Assembly (NCBI GenBank): GCA_904063045.1
Contig: CAJFCJ010000021.1
Coordinates: forward strand, 372,001-436,000
From: Dimorphilus gyrociliatus
Lineage: Eukaryota; Animalia; Annelida
Length of the DNA: 64,000 nt
Direction of reading: 5' to 3'
Shown here: positions 40,919-54,458 of the stretch, piece by piece
Position numbering within the stretch: the stretch's first letter is position 1
Layout: every line of letters begins with the position of its first letter
Program-made: the position numbers and the translations under genes
Notes under the pieces: model-generated
What the model saw: the letters and a program-made list of their open reading frames with translations, nothing else
Told to the model about the DNA's origin: nothing
Databases searched by the model: none

Positions 40919-42022
40919 ATGGAAATGTTCATAGGGAGAAGGAGACTAATGAACGGAACAAATGAAACGGATTGTTACGAAAATGATGCTACTTGTTACT
41001 CTGAATTAAAATATATTGTTGCAATAGCAACATTCTTTTATTTAATCATTTTAATTCTTGGTATATTTGGAAATGTAATGAGTTTCATTATCAATAATAG
41101 AAAGAAGATAAAGAATACAACAATGTCAATCTATTTAAGATTTTTGGCAATTTTTGATACAATAACCTTATTATTTCTTATATTATATTCATCTTTCTAC
41201 AATTTCTATGGATTTTTCGATATAAAAAATACTTCTTTACAAGAGTTTTTATGTACATTAGCACCGCATTTTTATTATTTTACAATACTTGGAAGTTCTT
41301 GGCTAATAGTTGCCATGACCATTGATAGAAGCATCTACTTTTTCTACCCAACCAAAGCTAAATTTATATGCACTAAATCTAAAGCAAAGATTATATGTTC
41401 ATTCATAATTTTATTGAGTTTTTTAATATTTAGCCATTATTATATTAGAGAAAAAAAAGGTATTTTTATATCAGTTTCTAATGATAATAATGCATGGTCT
41501 TCATATTATATATGTAGGGCAGTTTCAAACACTGCTAGATTTTTCGATGCAAAAATAATGATGTTAGCTATCGCCTTGCTAGCGTGTATTATTCCATCAA
41601 TAATTATATTATCTATAAATATACGGATTATTCAATCACTAGGAAAAGCTGATAAAAGAAGAAATTCACTACTAATCAAAAATGATAAAAAACCTAGACG
41701 TAAAACAAATCAAATGACATTTACTCTAATTGGAATATCTTTATATTTTGTCTTTTCTTCACTACCTTTTTATACTATTCAAATTATTTCATTTTTTCAA
41801 GAGGCACTCTATCTGAAACCATATTTCAATAATCGATTTACTAAATGGACTAAAATACTTTGTCCCATATTTATAAGTAATAGTGCATTGAATTTTTACA
41901 TTTACTGTTTAACCGGTTCAAAATTCCGTGAAGAATTGAAAGTTTTATGGAAAGAATTAACGAATAAACAAGATAATCATCTAACTAATAAAAGAACATT
42001 GGAAGATACAGTATTACATTAA
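40919..42022 (+). CDS. Intronless class A orphan GPCR, paralog 3 (inverted, 367 aa)
   Basis: Seven TM segments, TMSIYLRFLAIFDT, WLIVAMTIDRSIYFF.PTKAK and NSALNFYIYCLTGSKFR. It is divergently oriented to paralog 2. Confidence 0.9.
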   Translation: MEMFIGRRRLMNGTNETDCYENDATCYSELKYIVAIATFFYLIILILGIFGNVMSFIINNRKKIKNTTMSIYLRFLAIFDTITLLFLILYSSFYNFYGFFDIKNTSLQEFLCTLAPHFYYFTILGSSWLIVAMTIDRSIYFFYPTKAKFICTKSKAKIICSFIILLSFLIFSHYYIREKKGIFISVSNDNNAWSSYYICRAVSNTARFFDAKIMMLAIALLACIIPSIIILSINIRIIQSLGKADKRRNSLLIKNDKKPRRKTNQMTFTLIGISLYFVFSSLPFYTIQIISFFQEALYLKPYFNNRFTKWTKILCPIFISNSALNFYIYCLTGSKFREELKVLWKELTNKQDNHLTNKRTLEDTVLH

Positions 42023-43122
42023 TATAAACAAAAATCACTAGAATGGCATTTGAAATTGTTGTTTAATGTCAACGTTATACCCTATTTATACAATTCGTTT
42101 CTGTAGAAATCCCTGTCATTCTATGCAACGAGAAGGAGTTATACTCAATACATTTGTCTTTTAATATTAAATGGAAAGATTGTTTTTCAAAACTGAGAGA
42201 AACTTATAAGCATGCAATGTTTCAAAAATACAGAAATATCTTTTCTTTCAATGTCGTAACAAATTCTCTGATTGAAAGGATAGAGGAGCTAAGAGAGATA
42301 TTTAATGTCAGCTAGTTGAAAGACTATGATTTTGTTGCCCAAATCATACACCAGAGGAATGAAAGTGGCAACCAAAGAGAGAAAGATGAACCTACTATAA
42401 AAAGAGGAGCAAAAAAAGAAGAAATGTTCTAGAACTGTTCTTAGATAGTGAAGGAGTAAACTTGCCCTGATTATTAGAAGAGGAGAGAATAAATTATATA
42501 TCCAAATATTCCAACTTAACAAAGGAAAACCTAAAGCTAGCTGTAGGAAATAACTGCTCAAAAGAGGAATCCTGCTTAAATACAGTATTTTAGGTGTTGC
42601 TACATCCTGATTTATCTTCAAATATTTACATCTCTGTTAACCAATTAAGAAGAATTAATTTAAAATATCGTATTTTCATTAATTCAGTTGAAAATTGGTT
42701 CTTAAAGTCTTAAAGAGAACTAATAAGAAAGTAAGAATTATGCATCGAGAAATAGAAATAAATAATAATTGGGATTTATATAAATGAAAATGATATTATC
42801 GAGTTGTTCCATTTCAATTTGACTATTCAAATTGTATTATCATATCGCTTCTTCCTTCTTCCTTCTTCCTCTATTATCCTTGAGCAATAATTGTTCAATT
42901 GTTTTTATGAATATGTATGACATGTTTAAACAATAAATAGATATTACGAAATGTGTTTACAGTGCAATTTTATCAGCTTTTATTGTATTTTTCACATATT
43001 AAATTATTTAATATACTTAAACATATCACAAAAAGAAGCTATTTTATTGATTTTATAAACTTTTATCTCGGAATTTTTCTTCTTTGTTTATTCATCTTTC
43101 TCTTATTCTTTTCATTTTCCTT

Positions 43123-43153
<31 letters not shown>

Positions 43154-46100
43154 CAATATAATAATCTCATTTCATATTTAACCATCGAGAAATTACAATT
43201 TAGAAAAGAGAGTACTTTCTAACTGGTAGTGCAGCCATTATATTTTGCTACAATCACTAAAGGATTTCGCATTAAAGTAAAATAATCTGTTAAAGGTTTT
43301 TTAAATAGGAAAAGCTGTCAACTTGGGATATCGCGAGATTAATTTGATTAAAAATGTAGGAAGTTATACATCCTCTACTTTTTTTTTACCTTAGTTTTTT
43401 TTTAAAGAATATTCTATTATTTTGAAATTAATCAACTTCTTTTCTATCTATCTTCAATGAATAAGAATCAATAAGACGAAATATTCAATGATTTATATTT
43501 GGTTTTCAATTAACACTGACTATATACTCTTAATTTTTGAGTTGTAACAAAATCAGATAGATGGCGTTCTCAAAATATCACGGAAATTTTTTGTTATTAA
43601 ACACCTTTAACCCTTTTAGCTAGATGTAAGGTAAATTTGGCATATAAAAAGGCTTATTCCTAATACTCGGTACCGGCACTTACTATAATGTAAGATCACC
43701 TCTCTTGCCAATAGTTTTCGTCCTCTCTCTCTCTCTCTCTCTCCCCCTCCCCTTGTATAAACATGTAATAAACATATAAACAAATATACAGTATACTATA
43801 TATTTCTCCTTCTATATCCTTTCATTTTTACATATTTGCTAAAACTTATTTTAAGCGACTATACAACAATTTCTTCAATATTTTATATTTGATGTTGTAC
43901 AAACTAATCTTACAAAGGCAATACAAAAAATCCCATTAAATTGAATTTTTTATTCACAGTAGAATAACATGATAAACTAAAAACAATTCTATATATTGCA
44001 TAGTTATATAAATACAGTATTGATTAAAGCGTTTATTTTAGAAGCTTATAATTAAATCCTTTTTTCTTTTTTTTTCTCTAAACTATCTGTACCTTTCCCT
44101 TCCGCTCAATTCCCCATTCATCTCTTCCTCTCTCTCTCTCTCTCTCTCTCTTACTTGATCAATTTATTTTGCTTTCTTTGGGGAAAATAGAGAACAATCA
44201 ATTGTCGAAAGCCTGTCTTCAGAGTAAATAAAAGTAAGAGAGTAGCAACAAAATCTGCTTTTGAAATTATCTGTAAACATTAAAAAACAAGATAATTAAT
44301 AAAAGAGAGTTTTTATTCCCCCTAACCTCCCCACTTCAACAGTAGATTTGATGAAAATTTTGCCTGTATTCTTGTGTATATTTACTCTATGGAATCTATA
44401 TGTATATCTATACATATATGTGTGCACAACAAGTGGATAATTATATATTTCGTTAGATACCTGTAAGATGGCGTATTTTCTATCATTACTGTTAAATAAT
44501 TGATAAAAAATAGAATATAGCAGAAGGATATATAGTGTATATATATATATATATATACAGCATATATTTAATGTATACGGTAAAACAGCAAGGATTAAAT
44601 TGCATAGATTAGTAATATTTAAATACTAATCCAAGTGAAGCTGTTAACAAATAATACATTCATTCTACATAATATATGATGTATAGTAAAGGGATGACAC
44701 GAATAATTATTCCCGTTATATTTCTCAAGAGAATGATATCTTATATAGAGAATAAATCATATGCAATACTGTATATATATATATATATATTATATATGGT
44801 AGTGTGTATATTTGAAAATGTTCCACGAATAGAACCGCAATACGGCATTGTTAATAACCCCCCGTTATTTAACAAGTGTTTAACTATTATTCTCTTTTGT
44901 CTTGAGACTATAGAATGATATACAAGAGAATAATTTATTAATGAAAGTATTGGAAAGAGTTAAAAATCAACAGAGAAGCTTTAGATAAAAAATAATAATC
45001 ATGTTAAAATACATCAAAATATCAAAAATTTCCCCTTTTAGCAATATAGTTGCTATTTCCAGCTTATTAAGCATTTTTTTTTGTAAATGTTTTTATTCTT
45101 TTTATATAATATTACATAATATTATATGTTGTATATTTAATATTAAAGTAATAATTAATGTAGTATTTTATACAGAGAATACATTGATTGAAAATGAAAA
45201 TTTAAAAGGGTTCTATAATTTCACATAGAATATTAAATATACAAAAGTATAGATTAAACAACATTCTTTGTAGCTATTAGATTCATTATATTATCAATAG
45301 TACAAGTAAAATTTTAAATACTCGACAAAATGAAGCATTTATTGAAAAGGAAAAATAAAGTTACTGTTGCAGAAAAAATCCTTTTCTTTCCTTTTCTAAT
45401 TCAATCTATGAATTAACCAGAAATTGAAGAAAAGAGAAAATTCTTCTCATTCAGAAATATTAATTTTTACTTAATGAAATAATATATTATTTACTTTTTA
45501 CATTAGAAATTAAATATACTCAAGAGAAGAAGAATAAGACTAATTTAAATAGACAATATATAAACAGTATATACAATACATTACCTTATATATTCTATTG
45601 AAACTTCCTTTCTTTCTTTTTTTTCCTTCTTTTTCTTTAATTTCTTTTTAATTAAAATGAATTACTTATTGTTTTTCATATGTCTATATGGATAAAAGAA
45701 ACTTTTGTGCTTAATTCATTGAAATATTGATTTATTTATAGTTTTTCATCTTAATTTATCAACGCAAACAAAATAATAAAAAACTTCTTAATAACTTTTT
45801 CCTTTTTTCCTATACGCCTATGTAAAAGTTTACTTACGAATATTTTCAAGGCAAAGTGTATAAAAGGCATTACTTATTGCTATAGCAAATAGTAAATAAG
45901 GGATAAATATTGACTTTTACTGTTACCGCTACGAGAATAAGCAATATTTTTCTATTTACTATAATAGTCAATTAATTAAAGTACTTTTTCAACTTAGTTT
46001 CAATATTTCAAAGTCAAAACCCCGTGTTTTTATTTAATGTACAGAATTCTATAGTTGGACTATTATACTTTTCATTCATTCTTTCTTTCTCTCTTTCTTT

Positions 46101-46600
46101 CTATCTGTCCCTTTTAGTTGTTCTTTTTCTTTATTGAATTTCCGCCTTTTTAAATTTAATCGTTAATTAATTTTGACAAATCCTTATTGATATTTCATAT
46201 ATACTGAATATACTGTATATATATAATATTCGTTAACTTTTCTTAAAACTTAATGGATTTTCATTCAAAACTCTTTACTATTTACTATCATAATTATCTG
46301 CCGAGACTAAAGCGTATAATAACTATGACTCGTCTTTTTTTTTTTTTTTTACAAATTTTCATAAATAGAATAATTTATGCGAATATTTCTTAATTGAAGT
46401 CAGTTATTAATTATTCCTCTTTCTCTCTATCCCTTTTTATACTAAATTCTTCTTATCGTAACGATGTTTTCTCTTTTGTAGTAAAAGTAACAAAATTACT
46501 TTCTTGGAAATAGTAAGACTTTCGCCAAGAGTAGTCTTTAAAGATTATAAGTCTATTCTGTTAAAACACGCATAATCCTTTCTTTAACCCCGTTCTCTAA

Positions 46601-46615
46601 TCTCTCTCTTTCTCT

Positions 46616-46656
<41 letters not shown>

Positions 46657-46681
46657 CCTCTTTCTCCATCGTTTTTTCTTT
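46601..46681. repeat. Polypyrimidine tract with (TC)15 core
   Basis: Pure TC run at 46623-46652 inside a pyrimidine tract. Other (CT)n runs occur near 35925, 43125, 43725, 44130 and 60230. Confidence 0.9.
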
Positions 46682-47325
46682 TCGAATTTGCGTTCTAGAA
46701 GAAGATATCGGACCTACCAAAAAAACCTAACTGATTATGACAAATGACTTACTCTCATTAATTATTCAGGTTCCTTTAACCAACCAAACTGAAATTTTAT
46801 ATTATCGAGGTTTTTCTATAAAATATCCCTATATACTAATTCGATTTAAAAGAAAGGAAAAGGGAAAAAGAGGCAGAAAACTAAATTAAAAAAAAAAAAT
46901 AAAAAGCACTTGAGCGACACCTGTGAATAGATATTTTTTTGTCACGGTGTGTATTAGCTAACACAACTAGTTTGACTTAACTTCTCGATTTTCGAATATT
47001 TACTCAGTCTGTTGACAAGTTTTGTGTATATTTGTGTGTCGTAGAAGTGAGTTTGTTGCGGAATAAGCAAAGATTAAATACATACGAAAAGGAAAAATAT
47101 AACATAAACATTCGCCAACGGATCAAGAGAAGAGATATTTAGAAAGGAAAAAAACGAAATAACACCCAAATATTTACTTGCAAGCTTAGAGGATTGAAAG
47201 GATTGACAAGAGAAGAGGAAAGAGAAAAGAGAGAAGAGGAAGAGAAAATTAAAAACAAGAGGGAAAAGAGTGGAAGCAAGAATAAAGAGAATAACGAAAG
47301 TATTTAAAGAATTTGAAAGGAAAAT

Positions 47326-48627
47326 ATGTGGGAGAAACAAATGATATCATTGTGGGTTGTATTGGTGGTGTTAGGCTCAATAATATCGTCTGTTTTCGAC
47401 ATTGCTGCATTATTTACAAATTCTTGGGGCGTTACAAGTCTAACCTATCAAAAGTATTCATGGGGATTATGGAAGGTAAGAGAAATAAATATATGTATAT
47501 ATGATATTTGTTATAAATTAGCATGAATAGCATATACTGTATATCCAATATAATATTTTTCTTACCTGTTCCTTTTATTCAATCTATAGTTTTGCAATGA
47601 ATCAAAAGTGACAGCCGAAAGAGAATGTTTCAAAATTAACGAAAAATACGATCACGGTATTATAACTCTTATTATTTTTATTATTATTATCGTATTTATG
47701 GCAGGTTTTCTCTATATTTGTACTAATTAATTGTTTGAACGCAAAAGCGTTCAGAGGCAAATAGATCTAAATACCCTAGATATTAGTAAAAAAACGATTT
47801 ACTTGAAATAATCAATTATACATTATTTAACAAAATACAATTTATGACTGAGAGGAGAATAACAAAAATAGATGTGACGTCATTAGTTGGAGAATTTTTC
47901 GATTCTCTTCTTATTGTTTTTATGAAAAAAAGCTGAAAAGGAAAATATATACAATTGTTAAATAGAAAACGTGAATTCTATAGTTTTTAATGGAAACAAA
48001 TATTGTTCAATAATAAGCAGATAAATTAATAAAAGCACATTTTCGAAGGTGTCAATTATTAATATAATTATAAATCATTCGGTCCTTTAAAGTGTTCTCA
48101 ATCTAAAAATAGACTAATTCTTTTTATTACAAATTGCACAAATACTGCATATATATATATATATATTATTTTCTCTTGTTTTACTCTCTATTTCTTATTA
48201 GATTGGATATATCTTGCTCAAGGTGTTGATATTCTGGCAGCTCTGTTTGGTCTTTGTTCCTTCTTCACTTGTATGGCTTTAATGTGCAGCCTAAAGCTAG
48301 ATTGGATTAGCAGCAGATTGGCAGTGGTTATAATTGTACCAATAAGCTTTGCTGCAGGTATCTATCCAAACAACCAACTTTATAACGGATTAAATATACT
48401 TTAATAATTAATCATCTTTCTTTACAGCATTGTTCAATTTAATTTCTAGTGCTGTTTTTGGTGCAAACTTATCAAATGAGTTTCAAGCTCGCATTGAATT
48501 TTCTCAAATATTCAACATAATTTCAACTATACTCTACACGCTGAGTGCTATCTTCGCCATCTTTGACCTTCAAAATGTATGCCTTAAAAAACAACCGACC
48601 GGAAAAGGTCTCATTAGACCTATTTAA
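47326..48627 (+). CDS. Four-TM claudin/PMP22/EMP-superfamily protein
   Basis: Exons 47326-47475, 47590-47656, 48202-48357, 48428-48627 join in phase. The ECL1 signature W...GLWK-FC...C is present, with four hydrophobic helices and a short tail ending RPI. Confidence 0.85.
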
Positions 48628-51383
48628 TTAAAAAAACAAACAGAATAAAAACAAAACAAAAGTCACAAAAAATGAAATAAGAGGCAAATTAGCTCTTATA
48701 CAATTTACACTATCAAGATTCTATTGACATGTGAAAAGACACTATGAAATATACTGATATTAGAGAACAGTATTGACTGGATATGAGAAACAAAATGTAG
48801 AATATAGTATATACGTACTACTTGTAATAATAATATACAACTGTTTATACCGTGAAATCCTCGTTACGAACTTTTTACTTAGTATATGCAGTGTATAAAC
48901 TAGCTACAGCAGCAAAAATTTTGCCCTTTTTTGATTTTGTAACAATGCATTTATACTGTTTCCAATCATGCGTACTCAATGAATGATATTATTCCAATAA
49001 AAAGAACTTATTTATGTAACCGTATTTTGTGTGAATTGGGTCATATTAGATTTAAAAAATCATATACACTATTAAGGTTTTTATTATTATTCTATCTGTC
49101 TATGAATGTATCCGACTCTCGCCCTCTTTCATCATTTCTATTTTCTCCCTCTTTCACAACAGATGGCGCACGTATCAAAAGAAATTAGTAACTTCAACTG
49201 CCTAAAAAAATAATTATGAAAAGAAGAAATGTTTTTAGCTGATTATATCGCGTTGTCATGGAAATTATCAAAATAGAATACTTTGAAATATACAAGAATA
49301 GTAAAAGTGAATAGTTTCAACAATCTTGAATCAATAATTACATTCTTGATAGTGAAAAATTTCAATAATCTTTTATTTATACATACATAGACGCAATGTA
49401 TGAATCGATATAGTATACAAAAAATTACTATCAACTGTAGTATATGGATTGTAGACTCATTCGATAAACATTTAAACTGAATGTCCATATTGACAATAGC
49501 AATACAACACTAGAATCTTTAGAATTTCTTATTACTCTTCCTCTCCTGCAAAATGAGATTGAAAAGGTTAACATGGTCTTTAAACTTTTCTCTCTCCTTG
49601 AATTCTTTAAATAGAACGGTTCGAAGGAGATTTGGAAATTATATAAACTTTATCTCTATTGAGGTAAAATCAAATTTCCTCACTAAAACACAATTTATTC
49701 TGAATTTCCTCATACATCTGTTGTTCCTTTAGATGAATGAAATACAGTAATAAGCACATTCCTATAATTAAATGTATCTAAATATTTGGATATACGCGTA
49801 AAAAATATTGTATATCTGTTATATTCTCTTAATCCGATAGATGACTCTTTAAAAGAGAATAAGCATTATTAACCATATTAATACTAAACAATCATATACA
49901 GCAGTATAATGTACAACGTTTTATGCTGTATACTTTGCATATTAATTCTTCAAAGTCACTTTCCAACACATGGTGTAAAAAATATGGCTATATTAAAGAT
50001 AAATGAAAAAAAAAGAGGTTATTAACCTATTACCATTATCATTTAATTAATCCGGAAATTATGTTAAATGATATAAACATATTACAATTTAATGTATTAG
50101 AATTTTTATAATATTTATATAAAAGTAAAGGTTGCATCTTTACCTTTTCAATTTTAAAGAGTAGATTCAACACTAAGTCGAATTTTAACAGGAATAAACC
50201 ATTTATATTCAGGTGTAAATAATCAAGTATTGGTTATTTACGCTTAGAGAGAAATTGATTTAAATATATCAATCAACTTTTAAGCGGGAAAGAGTATCGT
50301 AATACTTTAAATATGAACTTTTTCATAGAAATGTCAATAGTTTATTAAGATTAATAGATATATTCTTTGGAATTATTAGTCCAATTTTCATAAAAACACA
50401 TAGGTCGTAAAGTTATAAACTTTGCATCGAAGGAGAGGCAAGCACCCTCGTGAAATATTTAAAAAAAATTCAACCAGCTGACGTTCTCATTTCTATATTT
50501 ATTCTGATTTTTTCAATAAACATTATCTGTTAATGAATATTATGATTTATTAAATGCTGTTTTTTGCATAATTCTTTTGTAAAACACCCTTTAAAAAATG
50601 ACTAGTAATAGATTAATTCATCCGCTTTTGGTAGATATCGATGGAAATCGACCTTAGTAAAGTAATAGAGGTCAATAAATTTGGATAGATTGAAAATAGA
50701 CGTGAAATTGATGCTTAATCAATTCTCATTTCATTTGAGAGACGGAAATTCATTAATTAATGAACAGTTCTGTTCAAATATCTCTCCTAAGGGAATGTTT
50801 AATCAAACAACAATTTATACACAAATAAACCATACAGATGTCACCTCTTTTTCTCCTTAAAGCTATTAACTTTTTCTACTCGTAACATTAAACAGAAACA
50901 GTGGAAAAGAGAAATATCGCTTATTTTCTCAAATTCGTAAAAAGGGAAAGAGAGGAGATGAGGGGATAAGTGAGTGAGGGAGGGCAAAGAGAGAGGAAGA
51001 GAGGGAGTGAGTGTGTGCGTGTATGAGTGGGCGAGTGGATAGATTGAAAACACATATTTTCAATTGAATACCCAAATATTAAAGATAAAAAAGTATTTCC
51101 TTCTGTTTAAATTTTTACAAAAGTTTCATTTATTCCAAAAAAAAGAAGAAAAATAAAACAAAACAAAAAATATTCCTAAAACAGAGAAGTTTTTCAGAAA
51201 ATTGAAAATATCAAATTGTTAAACCTGTTTTTTTTTCTTTCCATACCTATATATTAACAGATATATATTTTACATATATAAATATATATAAAACAATCAT
51301 TCTTACATTTTCATTCCTAAATATAAAAATATCTAAGAGGGATCTTTCATTCGTTACGTCCAGATTTAAGTTGCATATAAACA

Positions 51384-51417
<34 letters not shown>

Positions 51418-52109
51418 AATAATACAATATATTCAGATATTCATAAAATAAATATATAGTTATTAGTACCTGACTCATTATTCCTATGCAGTATGTCTAT
51501 GAATTTAATATATTTTTATATACATATATATACTATATATATATATATATATTAGTACAATATAGTACATAAAGATAAAAGTTATATTTCGTGTATTGCT
51601 GGCAACAGGAAACGGTCGACTACAACTGCAAGAGTCAACAAAACAAGCTTAAATTTTCTAGAAATCCGAATATGAAACTCCACTACGTTTGGTTGCAAAA
51701 AAACACTACAATCAAGTGCTACAGCAAAGAAAACTGCAAAGAGAAATAATAGTAAGATATTTTTTTAGCCAGAAACAGCCTTGATTTTAGACGGGGGAAC
51801 AGATGGCGTTGGCATCGAAATATTTAACAGTAATGTAGATCTACTAAGCTATGACTACTATTTTCCAGTGCTAAACTGCCTATGATCTTGCATCATAGTG
51901 TTTTTAGTTCGCCTGTTTTATTTCCTCTAACTGCTGTTTTTTATACAGGCACCGAAAAACTCGTAGTTTCCCAATGAAAACAAAATATAGAACTAGTCGC
52001 CTCGTAAATATATATATATACATTAACATATATAAAAAAGTAACGCCTTCTGAAAGTCCATCTAATAATTATGTTGCCTTAATGAGGCCTATATAAAACT
52101 ATAACATTG

Positions 52110-53399
52110 CTAAGATATAACTGGTTCTATTGAATTGAGGTGTTTGTGTTTTTCTGCGTGGCGTCTCATACCGGCGTTTGTCTCCACATTTGAATGACAA
52201 AGCAAGCATTTATAATAAAACTTCTTATGTTGTCTAGAGTGTTGCTGAAGTTCAACACCAGTTACACCGGTAAAAAAGCAACCTCTAACCAAACATCGAT
52301 AAACTGGGCCCCAATTCTGACCGTGATCTCCACTTGCTGCAACGCAAGCATAAGCAGCATCGTGCACCTCTACAGCCCCACCAACATCGGGAAGTTCATG
52401 CTGTTCGATCACGTGATTGTGGGCGGAACCCTCGAAAACGAAGAGTTCATGGCACTCAACACAGACGTAAAGGCGCCTGTTTCTTTGAAAAACAGGATCC
52501 GAACGAACATGGCAGTATTGCTCCGTTGAATTCCGTCGAGATGACGGAATTTTCCTAAGATTCTGCATATGGTTTTGTAAATCTGTATCCGAAATAAGAA
52601 CTTTTGGCATACTACGTTCTACTCTTTCAACTAGTAAACGACTTTTGCTAAGTTTCTTCGTTATACGCCAATAGGGATGATTGCATATAATATGAGACTT
52701 GAATGATGAATATGTTCTCGTTCGAAAAAAGCAAAGAGAGCATTCCATAACTTCATGTGGTGATATGACAAAAAAGTTTATATCGATCTTATCTTCCGTG
52801 GAAGAGGTTGGTGAAGAGCCACCAGAATCCAATCCAAAGTATCTTTCCTCCTCTACGGAATCTACACTAATAGGCGAATCGGGTAGTTCCAGATGAGCCT
52901 GTTTAAGGAACGGTTCATACCATTCAGTTTCACCATCGTCAGTAGGAGAGGGAGTGGGAAAAGACTTTTTATGTTTTACAGCTAGTCGTTCCTCGTTTCC
53001 CTGAGGGCAACGTAGCATCTGCTCTAAAAGAGAGGCGGATGATGAATTCGAAGATTTCCTAGGTGTCGGCGAATTACAACAATAAGTATGATCTGTCACG
53101 TAGTTTGTTGATATTTGACGTTCCATATCGTTGAGTAGGCCGACGGCATCCTCAAAGATGTCATCTGGGACGAGTTGATTGTCAAAGAGGTGATCAGTCG
53201 CGATATCCAAAAAGTCGCAGTCGATCGAAGGTGGTATGTCGAGAGATAATTCATCCTTTATAGGTTTTTTTAAGTGTTCCGTTAATACACGTTTTAATAG
53301 TGATTCTTCCTCTTTTAGTTCAACGTGGTCGTCTATTGAAATGGAAACATTTTTAACACGTGTATTACAACAGAGAGTATCGAATTCGTAACATGTCAA
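52110..53399 (-). CDS. C2H2 zinc-finger protein (four dispersed fingers); 5' exons unresolved
   Basis: Fingers: CSLC..SHIICNH, CVEC..HNHVIEQH, CLVRGC..QQHSRQH, CLLC..RRHAEKH. The likely exon start is 53332 (acceptor caatag), in phase with an upstream exon ending at 53478 (..KIKTEVV). The true ATG was not found. Confidence 0.8.
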   Translation of the reverse strand: MTCYEFDTLCCNTRVKNVSISIDDHVELKEEESLLKRVLTEHLKKPIKDELSLDIPPSIDCDFLDIATDHLFDNQLVPDDIFEDAVGLLNDMERQISTNYVTDHTYCCNSPTPRKSSNSSSASLLEQMLRCPQGNEERLAVKHKKSFPTPSPTDDGETEWYEPFLKQAHLELPDSPISVDSVEEERYFGLDSGGSSPTSSTEDKIDINFFVISPHEVMECSLCFFRTRTYSSFKSHIICNHPYWRITKKLSKSRLLVERVERSMPKVLISDTDLQNHMQNLRKIPSSRRNSTEQYCHVRSDPVFQRNRRLYVCVECHELFVFEGSAHNHVIEQHELPDVGGAVEVHDAAYACVAASGDHGQNWGPVYRCLVRGCFFTGVTGVELQQHSRQHKKFYYKCLLCHSNVETNAGMRRHAEKHKHLNSIEPVIS

Positions 53400-54425
53400 T
53401 CTTTACAATGAGTTGTGTCCTCTACGCTTGACTTATAGACTAATAGACATGTCTCAGACAAAAAGGGTGGCACTTACCGACAACCTCCGTCTTTATTTTA
53501 AAGATCTCGTTCTCATCGCCCATCTGCTTCAAAAATCTACCTATTAAAGAAAAATGATATAGTGTATCTCCGTCTTATCCATTATCTATACTAATCTACT
53601 AACTAATCTGATACAGAATAAAAAAAATACAATTTCAAGTAGCTTTGGGCCTTAAAGGCCTATTTCAATTGTTAGTTGTAAAAAGTATGACGAAAAAGGT
53701 CATGCATTTGCCAATTGAAATCAAGGACAAACTATTTGGCTTTTATTTAGGCGTCGTCTCTAACAAGGCCTATGTTCATTATAGAATCAGGGTCATCAAC
53801 CTGACCTCCATAAGCCTATTGGACCTATTATCGCCCTACAGAATAACCGACCGATTTAATTTTTATGAAAGGACATGTCTTAGACTAGTCATCAAATTTT
53901 AGATTGAAATTAAGAAATAAGTTTACCGTTAATTTTACATAGAATAGAAAAGACTTACCAGATAAAAATAGCGATGCCTGCGTGTTTATTTTCCGCAAGC
54001 GTGCTAGAGCTTGCGTTTCACGTATTCGACAGAGGTTACCCGGATGCTCTTAATAATTTATTCATTTAATTTAAATTTTTTTTTTCTTTTAAATATTCTT
54101 TTTTTATTTTCTTAGTTATTATGTTAAACGCTTTCTATTAAATTTATTCCTTAATATCATAGGGTTTCGTTTTCCAATCCTCAAAAGTTATCCAACAATT
54201 TCCCAATTTCAATATAGTATTACAGAAACCAGTCTATTGTCGTCTGCTACTATTTTTAGCGGCTAAAATCTCGGTTATCTCAAAAATATCATATAAGAAC
54301 GAGTTATATACTATTTTACCCAATAACAGGGTCTTTAAAAGTATGTTAAAAACCAATTGAATCAAACTTTTACTTTATTATCCCAATAAGATCGCTACTA
54401 ATTGATTATTTATTTTACGAAAAAA

Positions 54426-54433
54426 GGCGGGAA
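54426..54433 (+). promoter_or_regulatory. E2F-type site upstream of RFC2
   Basis: GGCGGGAA lies 26 nt upstream of the RFC2 ATG (54459). E2F control of replication genes is established. Confidence 0.6.
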
Positions 54434-54458
54434 GTTTGAACGTCTCTATTATAAAAAG

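Noticed and set aside
42069-42621. Stop-free plus-strand frames and a 110-aa hydrophobic minus-strand ORF downstream of GPCR paralog 3
   Set aside because: There is no recognisable motif or start, and the hydrophobic ORF is the antisense of purine-rich sequence.
43607-43616. TTAACCCTTT resembling a piggyBac terminus
   Set aside because: No matching inverted end and no transposase remnant were found.
52194-52896. Plus-strand ORFs (111, 74 and 65 aa) overlapping the zinc-finger gene
   Set aside because: These are antisense shadows of a GC-richer coding exon and have no domain features.
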